Positions 9,070-17,220 of a stretch of DNA of 64,000 nucleotides are shown here, piece after piece. A program made the position numbers and the translations under genes. The stretch spans positions 1,011 to 65,010 of the forward strand of contig JAQGON010000165.1 of assembly GCA_028293565.1 (NCBI GenBank), given 5' to 3'. This stretch comes from Verrucomicrobiota bacterium (GTDB lineage: Bacteria > Verrucomicrobiota > Verrucomicrobiia > Opitutales > Opitutaceae). The notes below the pieces were generated by a model. The model was not told the DNA's origin and made no database searches. It saw only the letters and a program-made list of their open reading frames with translations. Within the stretch, counting starts at the first letter, position 1, and the number at the start of each line of letters is the position of its first letter.

Positions 9070-9401
9070 GGAATCTAGACGGGATTGAAATCAAATCAAG
9101 TCCTGAGCCGCCAACGCGAAAGAGCAATTCATCCATCGACGACAGTCAATTTGCCCGGCACTGGACAATAGGACAGGTTGCTCGGCGAATCTAACGGGTC
9201 TGGCCTCTAGATCCTAAATTTCGGTTAGCCGATGGCGGTAGAGCGTGGATACGAAGGGAGGCGTGCGATCTCAGACACTCCTGCCGTGGCCCGCTGCGGC
9301 ATCGCTCGACATGCTCCCGGAATTTATTCGCCACGATGTCCGATTCGGCGAGCGTCGTTCGTGGTAGTGACAATGAGAGCGCTTGCTTACATCGCCGCCT
9401 G

Positions 9402-10628
9402 ATGAACCGCGTGTCTTATCGTTGGGTCATTGTTGCCGCCGGGGGATTGCTGGGGTGCGTGGCCATCGGGGCCATGTTCTCGCTGCCGGTGTTTCTGGTG
9501 CCGATTGTGCGCGAGACGGGGTGGTCGGTGACGGGCGTGTCCACCGCCATGACGATCGGATTCCTGGCCATGGCCGTGGGCAGCGTGCTTTGGGGCATGC
9601 TGTCGGATCGGTGGGGAGCTCGCGTGGTGGTTCTGATCGGTTCCTTGGGTGTTGCGGCGAGCCTGGCCTTGGCGAGTCGGGCGACGTCGCTTTTGGAATT
9701 CCAACTGGCGTTCGGCATCTTGGTCGGCGGCGCGACCGCCGCAATTTTTGCCCCCATGATGGCGTGCGTCACGGGCTGGTTCCAGACCCACCGCAGCCTG
9801 GCGGTGTCGCTCGTGTCCGTCGGCATGGGCATGGCTCCGATGACGATGGCTCCCTTCGCGGCATGGCTGGTCTCTCATCACCATTGGAGAACGTCACTCC
9901 TCATCATCGCCGCGGTCTCGGCGGCATTGATGATACCAACGGCGCTGCTCGTACGCCGGCCGCCGGAAGTGAAAGCGGTTGGCCGGTCGGACACCGAGAC
10001 AACCCCGGACATGACCCTGCGCCAGGTGGTCCGGTCTCCCCAATTCGTGATCCTCCTCCTCACGAATTTTTTCTGCTGCGCCACCCATTCGGGCCCCATC
10101 TTTCACACGGTGAGTTACGCGGTGGCTTGCGGGATCCCGATGATTTCGGCGGTGACGATTTACAGCGTCGAAGGCCTGGCGGGCCTGGGCGGCCGCGTGG
10201 TGTTCGGCCTGCTGGGCGACCGTTTCGGGGCCAAGCGGATCCTCGCGTCGGGCCTCCTCTTGCAGGCGTTCGGTGCGACGGGATATTTTTTCGCGAGCGA
10301 ACTCACCGGCTTCTACCTGGCGGCCGCGACCTTTGGCTTTATCTACGCGGGCGTGATGCCGCTGTATGCGGTGCTGGCCCGCGAGAATTTTCCGCCGAGA
10401 ATGATGGGCACGGTGATCGGAGGCACGGCGATGGCCGGAAGCCTCGGCATGGCGTCCGGTCCGCTGGTGGGCGGCTTGATCTTCGACCGCCTGGGCAGCT
10501 ATGGCTGGCTCTACCTCGGCTCCGGCGCGATCGGCGTCGGGGCGTTTCTGATCGCACTCACGTTCAAACCGTTTTCCCAAGGCCAGCTCGAGCCGGTCCC
10601 AGCAGCCGAAGGAGCGAGCAGCGGGTAG
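9402..10628 (+). CDS. MFS transporter (oxalate/formate-antiporter-like)
   Basis: About 12 hydrophobic segments. 'GMLSDRWGARVV' and 'GLLGDRFGAKRI' are MFS loop 2-3 and 8-9 motifs. ATG 9402 (MNRVSYRW) is preferred over 9336. Confidence 0.85.
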   Translation: MNRVSYRWVIVAAGGLLGCVAIGAMFSLPVFLVPIVRETGWSVTGVSTAMTIGFLAMAVGSVLWGMLSDRWGARVVVLIGSLGVAASLALASRATSLLEFQLAFGILVGGATAAIFAPMMACVTGWFQTHRSLAVSLVSVGMGMAPMTMAPFAAWLVSHHHWRTSLLIIAAVSAALMIPTALLVRRPPEVKAVGRSDTETTPDMTLRQVVRSPQFVILLLTNFFCCATHSGPIFHTVSYAVACGIPMISAVTIYSVEGLAGLGGRVVFGLLGDRFGAKRILASGLLLQAFGATGYFFASELTGFYLAAATFGFIYAGVMPLYAVLARENFPPRMMGTVIGGTAMAGSLGMASGPLVGGLIFDRLGSYGWLYLGSGAIGVGAFLIALTFKPFSQGQLEPVPAAEGASSG

Positions 10629-10785
10629 CGAGTGACGGATTCGGAATTGGGGCACCGAGGACGGAAGAGGGCCGATCCGAGGTCACGGAGGGTGGACTGC
10701 TTTGCGGCTTTGGGCGCAAATTATTCGGGGAAAGGTGCCGGTTACCGCGGACCCCAGCGGCAAACCTTCCAAGCCGTCGCATCTG

Positions 10786-11253
10786 TCACCGAAGAGAACT
10801 ATTTGAACCGGAGGTTTCGATTTCTTTCGACGCCAGGTCGATCTCGCTCCTTACGGTCCATCCCTCCGCTTTCCAGAATTTCATTCCGGCGATGTTGTCG
10901 GAAAAAATGAAGATATGGCATTTGTGGATCCCTGCGCCTCCGAGCGCGCGAAGGGCATTGGCGATGAGCAATCGCCCGATTCCTTGACGACGAAAAAGAG
11001 GATCCACCGCCAGATGGTGAATGTAGCCGCGCCTGCCGTCGTGCCCGCATAAAACCGCACCAACGATGCGCGAGTTGGCCGCGGCGACGAAACTCATCCC
11101 AAGATTACGCTCCAAGTATGTGCGCATTTGCGCCGGCGAGTCCGCTTCGCTGAGACCGATTCCTTCGCAGCGTTGCCACAGCGCGACGACGTCACCGTGC
11201 GCGTCCATCGTGAAAGGACGAATTTCCACTTCCGCCGATTTTCCTTCTTTCAT
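10786..11253 (-). CDS. GNAT family N-acetyltransferase (YpeA-like)
   Basis: 'GYIHHLAVDPLFRRQGIGRLLI' acetyl-CoA-binding motif A. The overall layout resembles E. coli YpeA from memory. Confidence 0.88.
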   Translation of the reverse strand: MKEGKSAEVEIRPFTMDAHGDVVALWQRCEGIGLSEADSPAQMRTYLERNLGMSFVAAANSRIVGAVLCGHDGRRGYIHHLAVDPLFRRQGIGRLLIANALRALGGAGIHKCHIFIFSDNIAGMKFWKAEGWTVRSEIDLASKEIETSGSNSSLR

Positions 11254-11462
11254 ATCGCTGCAAGAGCCTGACCTTCCTGAACCAATCGATCAGTGGTTTT
11301 CAAATCACCACCGGTTGTGACGCCAGCGTTAACCTGGAGTATCGCGCAGCGCATCGAGCGTTCCATCCGCGCCCGTGTCTCGCGAACTTCTCCGAGCAAC
11401 TCACTCGGCAGTTTCCAACGCGGGACCTCGGCAAAACCACCAGGCTTGCCCGCGCGGATCAA
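11250..11462 (-). CDS. Hypothetical 70-aa ORF bridging the DUF3892 gene and the GNAT gene
   Basis: Its stop overlaps the GNAT ATG (ATGA). Its TTG start overlaps the DUF3892 stop. No recognisable motif, and the start is non-ATG. Confidence 0.25.
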   Translation of the reverse strand: MIRAGKPGGFAEVPRWKLPSELLGEVRETRARMERSMRCAILQVNAGVTTGGDLKTTDRLVQEGQALAAI

Positions 11463-11749
11463 CCGGCGAGCAGCGTCAGCAGGTCGTCGGGGTGGGTCTT
11501 CTCGCGCTCGGTCTTCAGGTATTTCTGCCCGCCGTGCGTCAGGACCGTCAGCTTCACCACGCGATCCGCCGTCTTCACGAAAAATTCGTCCGTGCCCGCC
11601 TCGATCGCCGCGATCGCGGCCGCCTGCGAAAGCTGCCAGCGCGTGTGGTCGGAATTCACGCCGCGGATCGTCTCAATCCGATCGAGCGGATCGGTGCTGT
11701 AAGCACGATTGATGGAGGAAACTGCACGTCGGCGATAGGGTCGGGCCAT
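11459..11749 (-). CDS. DUF3892-like protein
   Basis: 'IETIRGVNSDHTRWQLSQAAAIAAIEAGTDEFFV...GGQKYLKTEREKTHPDDLLTL' matches the DUF3892 pattern as I recall it. ATG at 11749 (MARPY). Confidence 0.65.
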   Translation of the reverse strand: MARPYRRRAVSSINRAYSTDPLDRIETIRGVNSDHTRWQLSQAAAIAAIEAGTDEFFVKTADRVVKLTVLTHGGQKYLKTEREKTHPDDLLTLLAG

Positions 11750-12160
11750 AAAAAAGGGGGGTCTGCGGAACTGCGTTGGCCGCCAACGTATCCGCGAAAC
11801 CCCGCGCATGCCACTTATTCCCGCCGTCTCCGGCGAAGTCCGCCCAGACCCGCCGCTTCCAGCGCGAATGACCGCCCTCTTTCGGGGAAAGAACCGCCAA
11901 GGGCAAACATGGTCCGGTTCGTGGCGAGGAATTTTCCGGACATCATGTCGCTCGTCACACGTCCCCTTCCGATTCCTGCCGGCGGCTCGCGCCGACGATC
12001 GCCCTTGCGTTTTCGAAGCACCGTGCGAGCTTGGCGGCTCGTAAGAGCGTTAGATGGCAGTAGCTGGTGAGTCTTCAGGTGAGCTTGATGTTCAGGTGAT
12101 GATTCGAAACCCGATGTTCGGGAACACGCTGACAGCGGACGAACACACGAAACACATCAC

Positions 12161-12478
12161 ATGAACTCCAAACTATACGTCGGCAACATGTCCTTCAAGA
12201 CCACCGAGTCCGACCTGCGCAATGCGTTCGGCCAATTCGGTTCCGTCACGGATGTCTACATCGCCAATGACCGCGAGACCGGCCGCCCGCGCGGCTTCGC
12301 CTTCGTGACCTTCGCGACCGAAGAGGAAAGCAAGCTCGCCACGGAAAAGATGAACGGCTTCGACCTCGACGGTCGTCCGCTCACCGTGAACGAAGCCAAG
12401 CCCAAGGAAGCCATGGGCGGCAGCCGCAACTTCAGCAGCCCGAACCGCCAGCCCGGCGCGTTCAACAACCGGAACTGA
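12161..12478 (+). CDS. RRM-type RNA-binding protein
   Basis: RNP-2 'KLYVGNM' and RNP-1 'RGFAFVTF'. 105 aa with a Gly/Asn-rich tail. Confidence 0.92.
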   Translation: MNSKLYVGNMSFKTTESDLRNAFGQFGSVTDVYIANDRETGRPRGFAFVTFATEEESKLATEKMNGFDLDGRPLTVNEAKPKEAMGGSRNFSSPNRQPGAFNNRN

Positions 12479-12506
12479 TCCGGGCGCTTCGGCGCATCAC
12501 TTCCAG

Positions 12507-12537
12507 GCGGGGTGCACTGCACCCCGCCTTTTTTTTG
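12507..12537 (+). terminator. Rho-independent terminator of the RRM gene
   Basis: GGCGGGGTGCA/TGCACCCCGCC stem followed by a run of 8 T, 29 nt after the stop codon. Confidence 0.8.
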
Positions 12538-12617
12538 CGCCCGGAATTTTTCCCGCAGCGCGATCTGCCACGCCTCACGCCCGGACGCATTGAGAACCCG
12601 TTCGACCAGCCAAGGTC

Positions 12618-12795
12618 TCGTTGTCGGCGAGAACACCGGAGCGGAGGTTGGCCGCAAAAAAGCGCAAGGGCTCCGGGGCTGCGAAGGAGCTGCCATCGCG
12701 CCCATAGGCGCACGGGAGATTCACTTCGGAGTCTTGGAGCCCTTGCGCATTTTTGCGGCCGACCTCCCCTTCGGAATTTCTCGCGGAGGATGAGG
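12618..12795. repeat. MITE-like palindromic element, family 3, copy A
   Basis: 32-nt terminal inverted repeats: 'ggaggttggccgcaaaaaagcgcaagggctcc' and 'ggagcccttgcgcatttttgcggccgacctcc'. The core 'gctgcgaaggagctgccatcgcgcccataggcgcac' is identical to the copy at 40488-40655. Confidence 0.7.
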
Positions 12796-12830
12796 ATTCA
12801 GCAGCAGGGCTGCCGTTTTATTTAAATGTT

Positions 12831-13784
12831 CTAGGCGGCGCCGATCAGCCAGCCCGCCGCGAACACGAGGGCGCCCCCGATCGCGACCTGCGTCGTGGCG
12901 GCCAGCGGCGAGGTCTCCATGTAGCGCCAGCGGATCCAGGAAATCACCGCGAGCTCGATGAGCACGACGACGAACGCGATGCCGGTGGCGAGGCGGAAGT
13001 CGTGGATCAGATACGGCAAGGTGTGGCCGATGCCGCCAAACGTGGTCATCAATCCGCACACGCTCCCGCGCAGGATCGGGCCGCCGCGGCCGCTGATCTT
13101 GCCGTCGTCCGACAGCGCCTCGGCGAATCCCATGCTAATGCCCGCGCCGACCGAGGCCGCGAGCCCGATCTTGAAAGTCTCCGTGGTGTTGCTCGTCGCA
13201 AACGCGGCGGCGAAGAGCGGCGCGAGCGTCGAGACGGAGCCGTCCATCAAACCGGCCAGCCCCGGCTGCACGATGCGGAGGACGAAGGACCGCCGTGCCG
13301 AATCATGTTCCTCGGCAATCTGGCCCTCCTCGGCCTGCCGGGCGTTGATGCCTTCCGCGAGCGACTCGTGCCGGCTTTCCTCGGCGGCGAGATCGCCGAG
13401 CAGCTGGCGCACCGAGGCGTCGCTCACCCGCTGCGCGGCGTTCTGGTAAAAGTTGCGCGACTGGATCTCCATCTGCGCGGCCTCGGCGCGCGCGCGCTCC
13501 GGGCGGATGCCGACGCCGAGCAGGCGCGAGCGGCGCGTGTAGAAACCGCGGACGTCCGCGCGCCGGATCAGTGGGATGTGCTCGCCGAAACGCGTGCGGT
13601 AGAGATCGATCAGCCGGTGCCGGTGGCCGGATTCCTCGCGCGCCATTTCGTCGAACAGTTCCGCCGTCGCGGGAAATCCGCCGCGCAGCGACTCGGCGAA
13701 ATCGGCGTAGATCCGTCCGTCCTCCTCCTCCGCCGAAATGGCCAGCGCGAGGAGCTGCTGCTCGGAGAGATCGGTGAAGTTCAT
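12831..13784 (-). CDS. mbfA: Erythrin-VIT1 (MbfA-like) membrane-bound ferritin / iron exporter
   Basis: N-terminal ferritin-like '[12 protein letters not shown]...EESGHRHRL...AAEESRHE' plus a C-terminal VIT1/CCC1 membrane domain. ATG 13784 (MNFTDLSEQ). The longer 468-aa ORF is Arg/Ala-rich read-through. Confidence 0.85.
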   Translation of the reverse strand: MNFTDLSEQQLLALAISAEEEDGRIYADFAESLRGGFPATAELFDEMAREESGHRHRLIDLYRTRFGEHIPLIRRADVRGFYTRRSRLLGVGIRPERARAEAAQMEIQSRNFYQNAAQRVSDASVRQLLGDLAAEESRHESLAEGINARQAEEGQIAEEHDSARRSFVLRIVQPGLAGLMDGSVSTLAPLFAAAFATSNTTETFKIGLAASVGAGISMGFAEALSDDGKISGRGGPILRGSVCGLMTTFGGIGHTLPYLIHDFRLATGIAFVVVLIELAVISWIRWRYMETSPLAATTQVAIGGALVFAAGWLIGAA

Positions 13785-13894
13785 CGGGAAAATTCCGCCC
13801 GGTTCCGAATCCGGGTGAAATTCCAGATGGAGGGCTTCGGCCGCCCTCGCAATGCCAAAGGCCCTTTGCGGCGGGTGAAGCCGCCGGAGAAAAA

Positions 13895-14668
13895 TCAAGC
13901 GGCCGGCAGCGTGAAGAAAAATCCGGCGCCAGGAGCCGTGCCGGGTTGATAGCCGCAGCGGCCGCCCTGGAGTTGAACCAGCCGCTGGATAATCGGGAGA
14001 CCATAACCCCGCGGGGCGCTGAGCTCGTGGAGCTGCTCGAGCGGAAAAAAGAGGCGCGCCCGCTTTTGCTCGGGCACGCCGGGCCCGCTGTCGCGGAGCC
14101 AGCAGCGGTGTTCCCCGTCGATGAGAGTCCAGCCGAGTTCGAGCCGCGGAGCCGGCCCGCCATGCTGCAGGGCGTTGAGGACCAGATGATCCCAGATGAT
14201 ATTCAGCCAGGCGGGCACGCCGCGGAGCGACGGCCACTCCGGCGGCTGGAGCACCGTGGCGCCGGCCTTCATGATCGGCTCATCCAGGCGCCGCAGGGTA
14301 TCCGCGACGATTTCCGTCATCTCCACCTTCTCCGCGGCCTTCGGATTGGCGGTTGCAATCAGGACCACGCTCAGCCGCTCGACCAGGGTCATGGCTTCGC
14401 CCACGGAACCGGAGACCGACTGGGCGAGGCGTTCCGCGATCGAATCCGGCGCGGCGGAAGGATCGCGCAGCGCCTCGTTCGCGGTGCTGATGCAGTTGAG
14501 CGGGTTGCGCAGGTCGTGGACCAGCCGCCGGCCGATCGTGCGAAGATCGCCGCGCAGGCGCGCATTGTCGCGCTCGAGCGCCGCCAGCGACGGCGCCGTC
14601 GCGGTGCTGCCGCTTTCGGCGGGAGGATGGCCGGCGCGAGCCGCGGTTTTGATTGTTCCGGACTTCAT
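13895..14668 (-). CDS. Soluble histidine kinase (coiled coil + HisKA + HATPase, no sensor domain)
   Basis: H-box '[12 protein letters not shown]', N-box 'LVLNALQHG', 'RDSGPGVP', '[11 protein letters not shown]'. The ATG at 14668 overlaps the upstream stop (ATGA). Confidence 0.8.
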   Translation of the reverse strand: MKSGTIKTAARAGHPPAESGSTATAPSLAALERDNARLRGDLRTIGRRLVHDLRNPLNCISTANEALRDPSAAPDSIAERLAQSVSGSVGEAMTLVERLSVVLIATANPKAAEKVEMTEIVADTLRRLDEPIMKAGATVLQPPEWPSLRGVPAWLNIIWDHLVLNALQHGGPAPRLELGWTLIDGEHRCWLRDSGPGVPEQKRARLFFPLEQLHELSAPRGYGLPIIQRLVQLQGGRCGYQPGTAPGAGFFFTLPAA

Positions 14669-16377
14669 TTCTGGTTCGAGACTTCGACGATGAGACTCTT
14701 CAGCCGCTCCAGGTTGATCGGTTTCGTGAGATGGTGCGCGAATCCGGCGTCGAGGCTTTTCTCGATGTCCTCTTCCATCCCGTAGCCGCTGACCGCAATC
14801 CCCGTGAGCCCGTGACGATCGCGCATGTGCCGCATCATTCCGCAGCCGCCGCCCTCGTCCGGCAAGCCGAGGTCGCTGATCACGAGATCGAATTCCTGCA
14901 CGGCCGCGAGCTTGAGCGCCTCGTGCGCCGTCTCGGCGGCGGTGACGTCGTTTTTGGTCGCCTGGAGATAAAGCTGCAGCGTGAGGCGGGTGTCCTTGTG
15001 ATCCTCGACCAGCAGGATGCGCAGCCGGCGGCCCTGCTTGGGCGGCGCGGAACGCGCGGCGGCAGGCAGCGCAGGAGCGGAAGCCAACGGCCGCAGCGGC
15101 AGGTTGAGCGTGAACGTGGCGCCGAGGTTGAGGCCCGGGCTTTCGGCGCGGATGGCGCCCCCGTGCGCGGCGAGGATCGACGTGGCGATCGCCAGCCCGA
15201 GCCCGCCGAACTGCCGCGTGATGTGCCGGCTGCCCTGCTCGAAGGCGTCGAACAATTTGAGCGAATCGTGCGGATTGAAGCCGATGCCGGAATCCCTCAC
15301 CTCGACCCAGACGCTGGGCTGGGTGGTGTTGCCGGTGCGGATCGTCACCTGCCCTCCCATGGGCGTGAACTTGATCGCGTTGCGGATGAGATTCCACACC
15401 GCCTGCTGGAGACGCACGGCATCGCCGGTGGTCATGGTTTCCAAGGCGTCAAGGTGCAGGTTGAAACGAAGGCGTTTTTCCTCGGCGTCGGAGGCGCAGA
15501 TTTCCATCGCGCGCTTGACGACGTTGTGGAGGTCCATCGGGCCGGGCTGCAGCTCGAGCTTGCCTTTCGCGATCCGGGTCAGGTCGAGCAGGTCGTCGAT
15601 GAGGTGAGCCTCGAGCTCGATGTTGCGGCGGATCAGGGCGAGGCCGCTCCGGACGTGCGGCGGAAGTTTCTTCGTCTGCTCGAGCGCGACGGTGGCCATC
15701 AGCGCGGGGTTGAGCGGCGTGCGCAGCTCGTGGCTGAGGGCGGCGAGAAATGCGTCCTTCGCGAGATTGGCCTTGTCGGCGAGATCCTTGGCGAGCCGCA
15801 GTTGCTGCTGGCTCTTCTGCTCCGTCAGATCGGTCACGACCACGCACAGGATATTCTGCCCCAGCGCCGGCAGGCGGCTGGCGGTGAGGTGGACGGCCAG
15901 GGTGCTGCCATCGGGGCACAGCAGGACGCTCTCGTGCTTCACGACGTCGCGCTGCTCGGTGAAGACGGTCGAGAGGCTGTCCCACGCCTCGGCGACGAAA
16001 TGGTTCGCCATGCCGGCGCTGATGACGCGCTCGAGCGGGGTCTTCACCATTTCGGCGAAGCGCTGGTTGCAGTAGAGAATGAGCCCGTCCTGCGAGGCGG
16101 TGATCGCGCCTTCCTGCATCTGCTCGACGTAGACCCGGTACCGCTCCTCGGCGCCGGTGAGGCTGTAGATCTTGCTGCCGGCGGCGCCCTTGACGACGAC
16201 GGCGTCGACGGCGCCGCTCTGGATCGCGTCGAGGGTTTCCTGAGCTTCCCGGAGCCGGTCACAGAGGGCAAAGAACTTCTTGTCGCTGATCCAGCGACCC
16301 GAAGTCGTCCGGCCGTTTTTCGCGGCCTTGACCGGAATGGCCTTTTTCGCGGGCTTCGGCATGAGCCGCTTTCTCAT
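14665..16377 (-). CDS. Hybrid sensor histidine kinase (PAS + HisKA + HATPase + receiver)
   Basis: 'LSHELRTPLN' H-box, 'VRDSGIGF', 'GGLGLAIA', and a C-terminal receiver 'ILLVEDHKDTR...DLVISDLGLPDEGG...TKP'. The ATG at 16377 overlaps the kaiB stop (ATGA). Confidence 0.85.
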   Translation of the reverse strand: MRKRLMPKPAKKAIPVKAAKNGRTTSGRWISDKKFFALCDRLREAQETLDAIQSGAVDAVVVKGAAGSKIYSLTGAEERYRVYVEQMQEGAITASQDGLILYCNQRFAEMVKTPLERVISAGMANHFVAEAWDSLSTVFTEQRDVVKHESVLLCPDGSTLAVHLTASRLPALGQNILCVVVTDLTEQKSQQQLRLAKDLADKANLAKDAFLAALSHELRTPLNPALMATVALEQTKKLPPHVRSGLALIRRNIELEAHLIDDLLDLTRIAKGKLELQPGPMDLHNVVKRAMEICASDAEEKRLRFNLHLDALETMTTGDAVRLQQAVWNLIRNAIKFTPMGGQVTIRTGNTTQPSVWVEVRDSGIGFNPHDSLKLFDAFEQGSRHITRQFGGLGLAIATSILAAHGGAIRAESPGLNLGATFTLNLPLRPLASAPALPAAARSAPPKQGRRLRILLVEDHKDTRLTLQLYLQATKNDVTAAETAHEALKLAAVQEFDLVISDLGLPDEGGGCGMMRHMRDRHGLTGIAVSGYGMEEDIEKSLDAGFAHHLTKPINLERLKSLIVEVSNQK

Positions 16378-16811
16378 AGCGCCATCCAGGCAGTCGACGC
16401 GGACCGCACCGCGAGGTTGAGCCCGACGAGCACCTTGTCGCGATCGGAGAGATTCCCGATCAAACGCCGGAGCGGTTTGGGCGTGATCCTGATCAGCGTG
16501 GGCGCGGCGATGATCTGTTCGTTCGAGGCCTGCAGGGGCTGCTGGTAAATGTCGATGACCTTGAGGTCGTAACGGCCGGCGAGAAACTCCTCGCACAAGG
16601 CGCGGACGTTGGCGATGGCCTGACCAGAGCGCGAGCTCGTGCCGGTGACGTACAGCCGGAGCTCGTAACGCTGCTTTTTCGAAGTTTCGTGCAGCAGCGC
16701 CTCGAATTCGGACGTGCGATTGCCGTCGGCCGCGGCCGGCGACCGGCGGGGGGACGACCGTCGAGGCGACGCCTTCCTGGCCCGGGCGCGCGATTTGGTC
16801 TTGGCGGACAT
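16374..16811 (-). CDS. kaiB: KaiB (copy 2) with a basic ~50-aa N-terminal extension
   Basis: Core 'ELRLYVTGTSSRSGQAIANVRALCEEFLAGRYDLKVIDIYQQPLQASNEQIIAAPTLIR'. N-terminus '[25 protein letters not shown]'. Its start overlaps the upstream stop (TGATG). Confidence 0.9.
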   Translation of the reverse strand: MSAKTKSRARARKASPRRSSPRRSPAAADGNRTSEFEALLHETSKKQRYELRLYVTGTSSRSGQAIANVRALCEEFLAGRYDLKVIDIYQQPLQASNEQIIAAPTLIRITPKPLRRLIGNLSDRDKVLVGLNLAVRSASTAWMAL

Positions 16812-17212
16812 CAGGGGAGGGAGCGATTCACCCGGGTGCGCGAAGGGACATCCATGCCAGCGAGCACGCGCTCGACGTTGGAGAGGTCGCCGATGACGCG
16901 CTTGATCGGCTGCGGCAGCTTCCGCACGAGCGTCGGCAGGGCCACGATCTGGTCGAGGTGCGCCCGGTGCGGCGCCTTGGTGAGGTCGATCACCTCGATC
17001 CGGTAGTGGCCCGCGAGATGTTCGTCGCAGATGCCCTTGAGGTTGGAAAAGGCCGCGAGCGAACTGGTGGACTGGCCGGCCACGTAGAGGCGGAGGAGCC
17101 AGGGCACGAGCAGGGCGGAGTCGCCACGGGCGGGTGCGGGGGTCTTGGAAGAGCGGACCCGCGCGGGCTTGGCCCGGGGTTTCTTCTTCGCGGAAACAGG
17201 TTTCTTTTTCAT
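16811..17212 (-). CDS. kaiB: KaiB (copy 1) with a basic ~35-aa N-terminal extension
   Basis: Core '[62 protein letters not shown]'. N-terminus '[27 protein letters not shown]'. Confidence 0.9.
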   Translation of the reverse strand: MKKKPVSAKKKPRAKPARVRSSKTPAPARGDSALLVPWLLRLYVAGQSTSSLAAFSNLKGICDEHLAGHYRIEVIDLTKAPHRAHLDQIVALPTLVRKLPQPIKRVIGDLSNVERVLAGMDVPSRTRVNRSLP

Positions 17213-17220
17213 GGGGGGTC

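Noticed and set aside
9383-10987. 534-aa alternative-frame ORF overlapping the MFS transporter gene
   Set aside because: Arg/Gly/Pro-rich with no motifs. The MFS frame shows 12 hydrophobic segments and MFS loop motifs.
10786-11462. GNAT plus small upstream ORF as a TacT/KacT-type toxin-antitoxin pair
   Set aside because: The GNAT resembles the housekeeping YpeA type. The small ORF has no RHH or DUF1778-like features and uses a TTG start.
12074-12119. Short direct repeats (TTCAGGTGA twice, GATGTTC twice) in the 5' leader of the RRM gene
   Set aside because: They are short enough to arise by chance. I see no supporting structure or second copy elsewhere in the window.
13785-15397. N-terminal extensions of ORFs 12831-14237 (468 aa) and 13895-15397 (500 aa)
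   Set aside because: The extensions are Arg/Pro/Ala-rich and overlap the upstream genes. Internal ATGs at 13784 and 14668 give proteins of canonical length, and the latter ATG overlaps the upstream stop.
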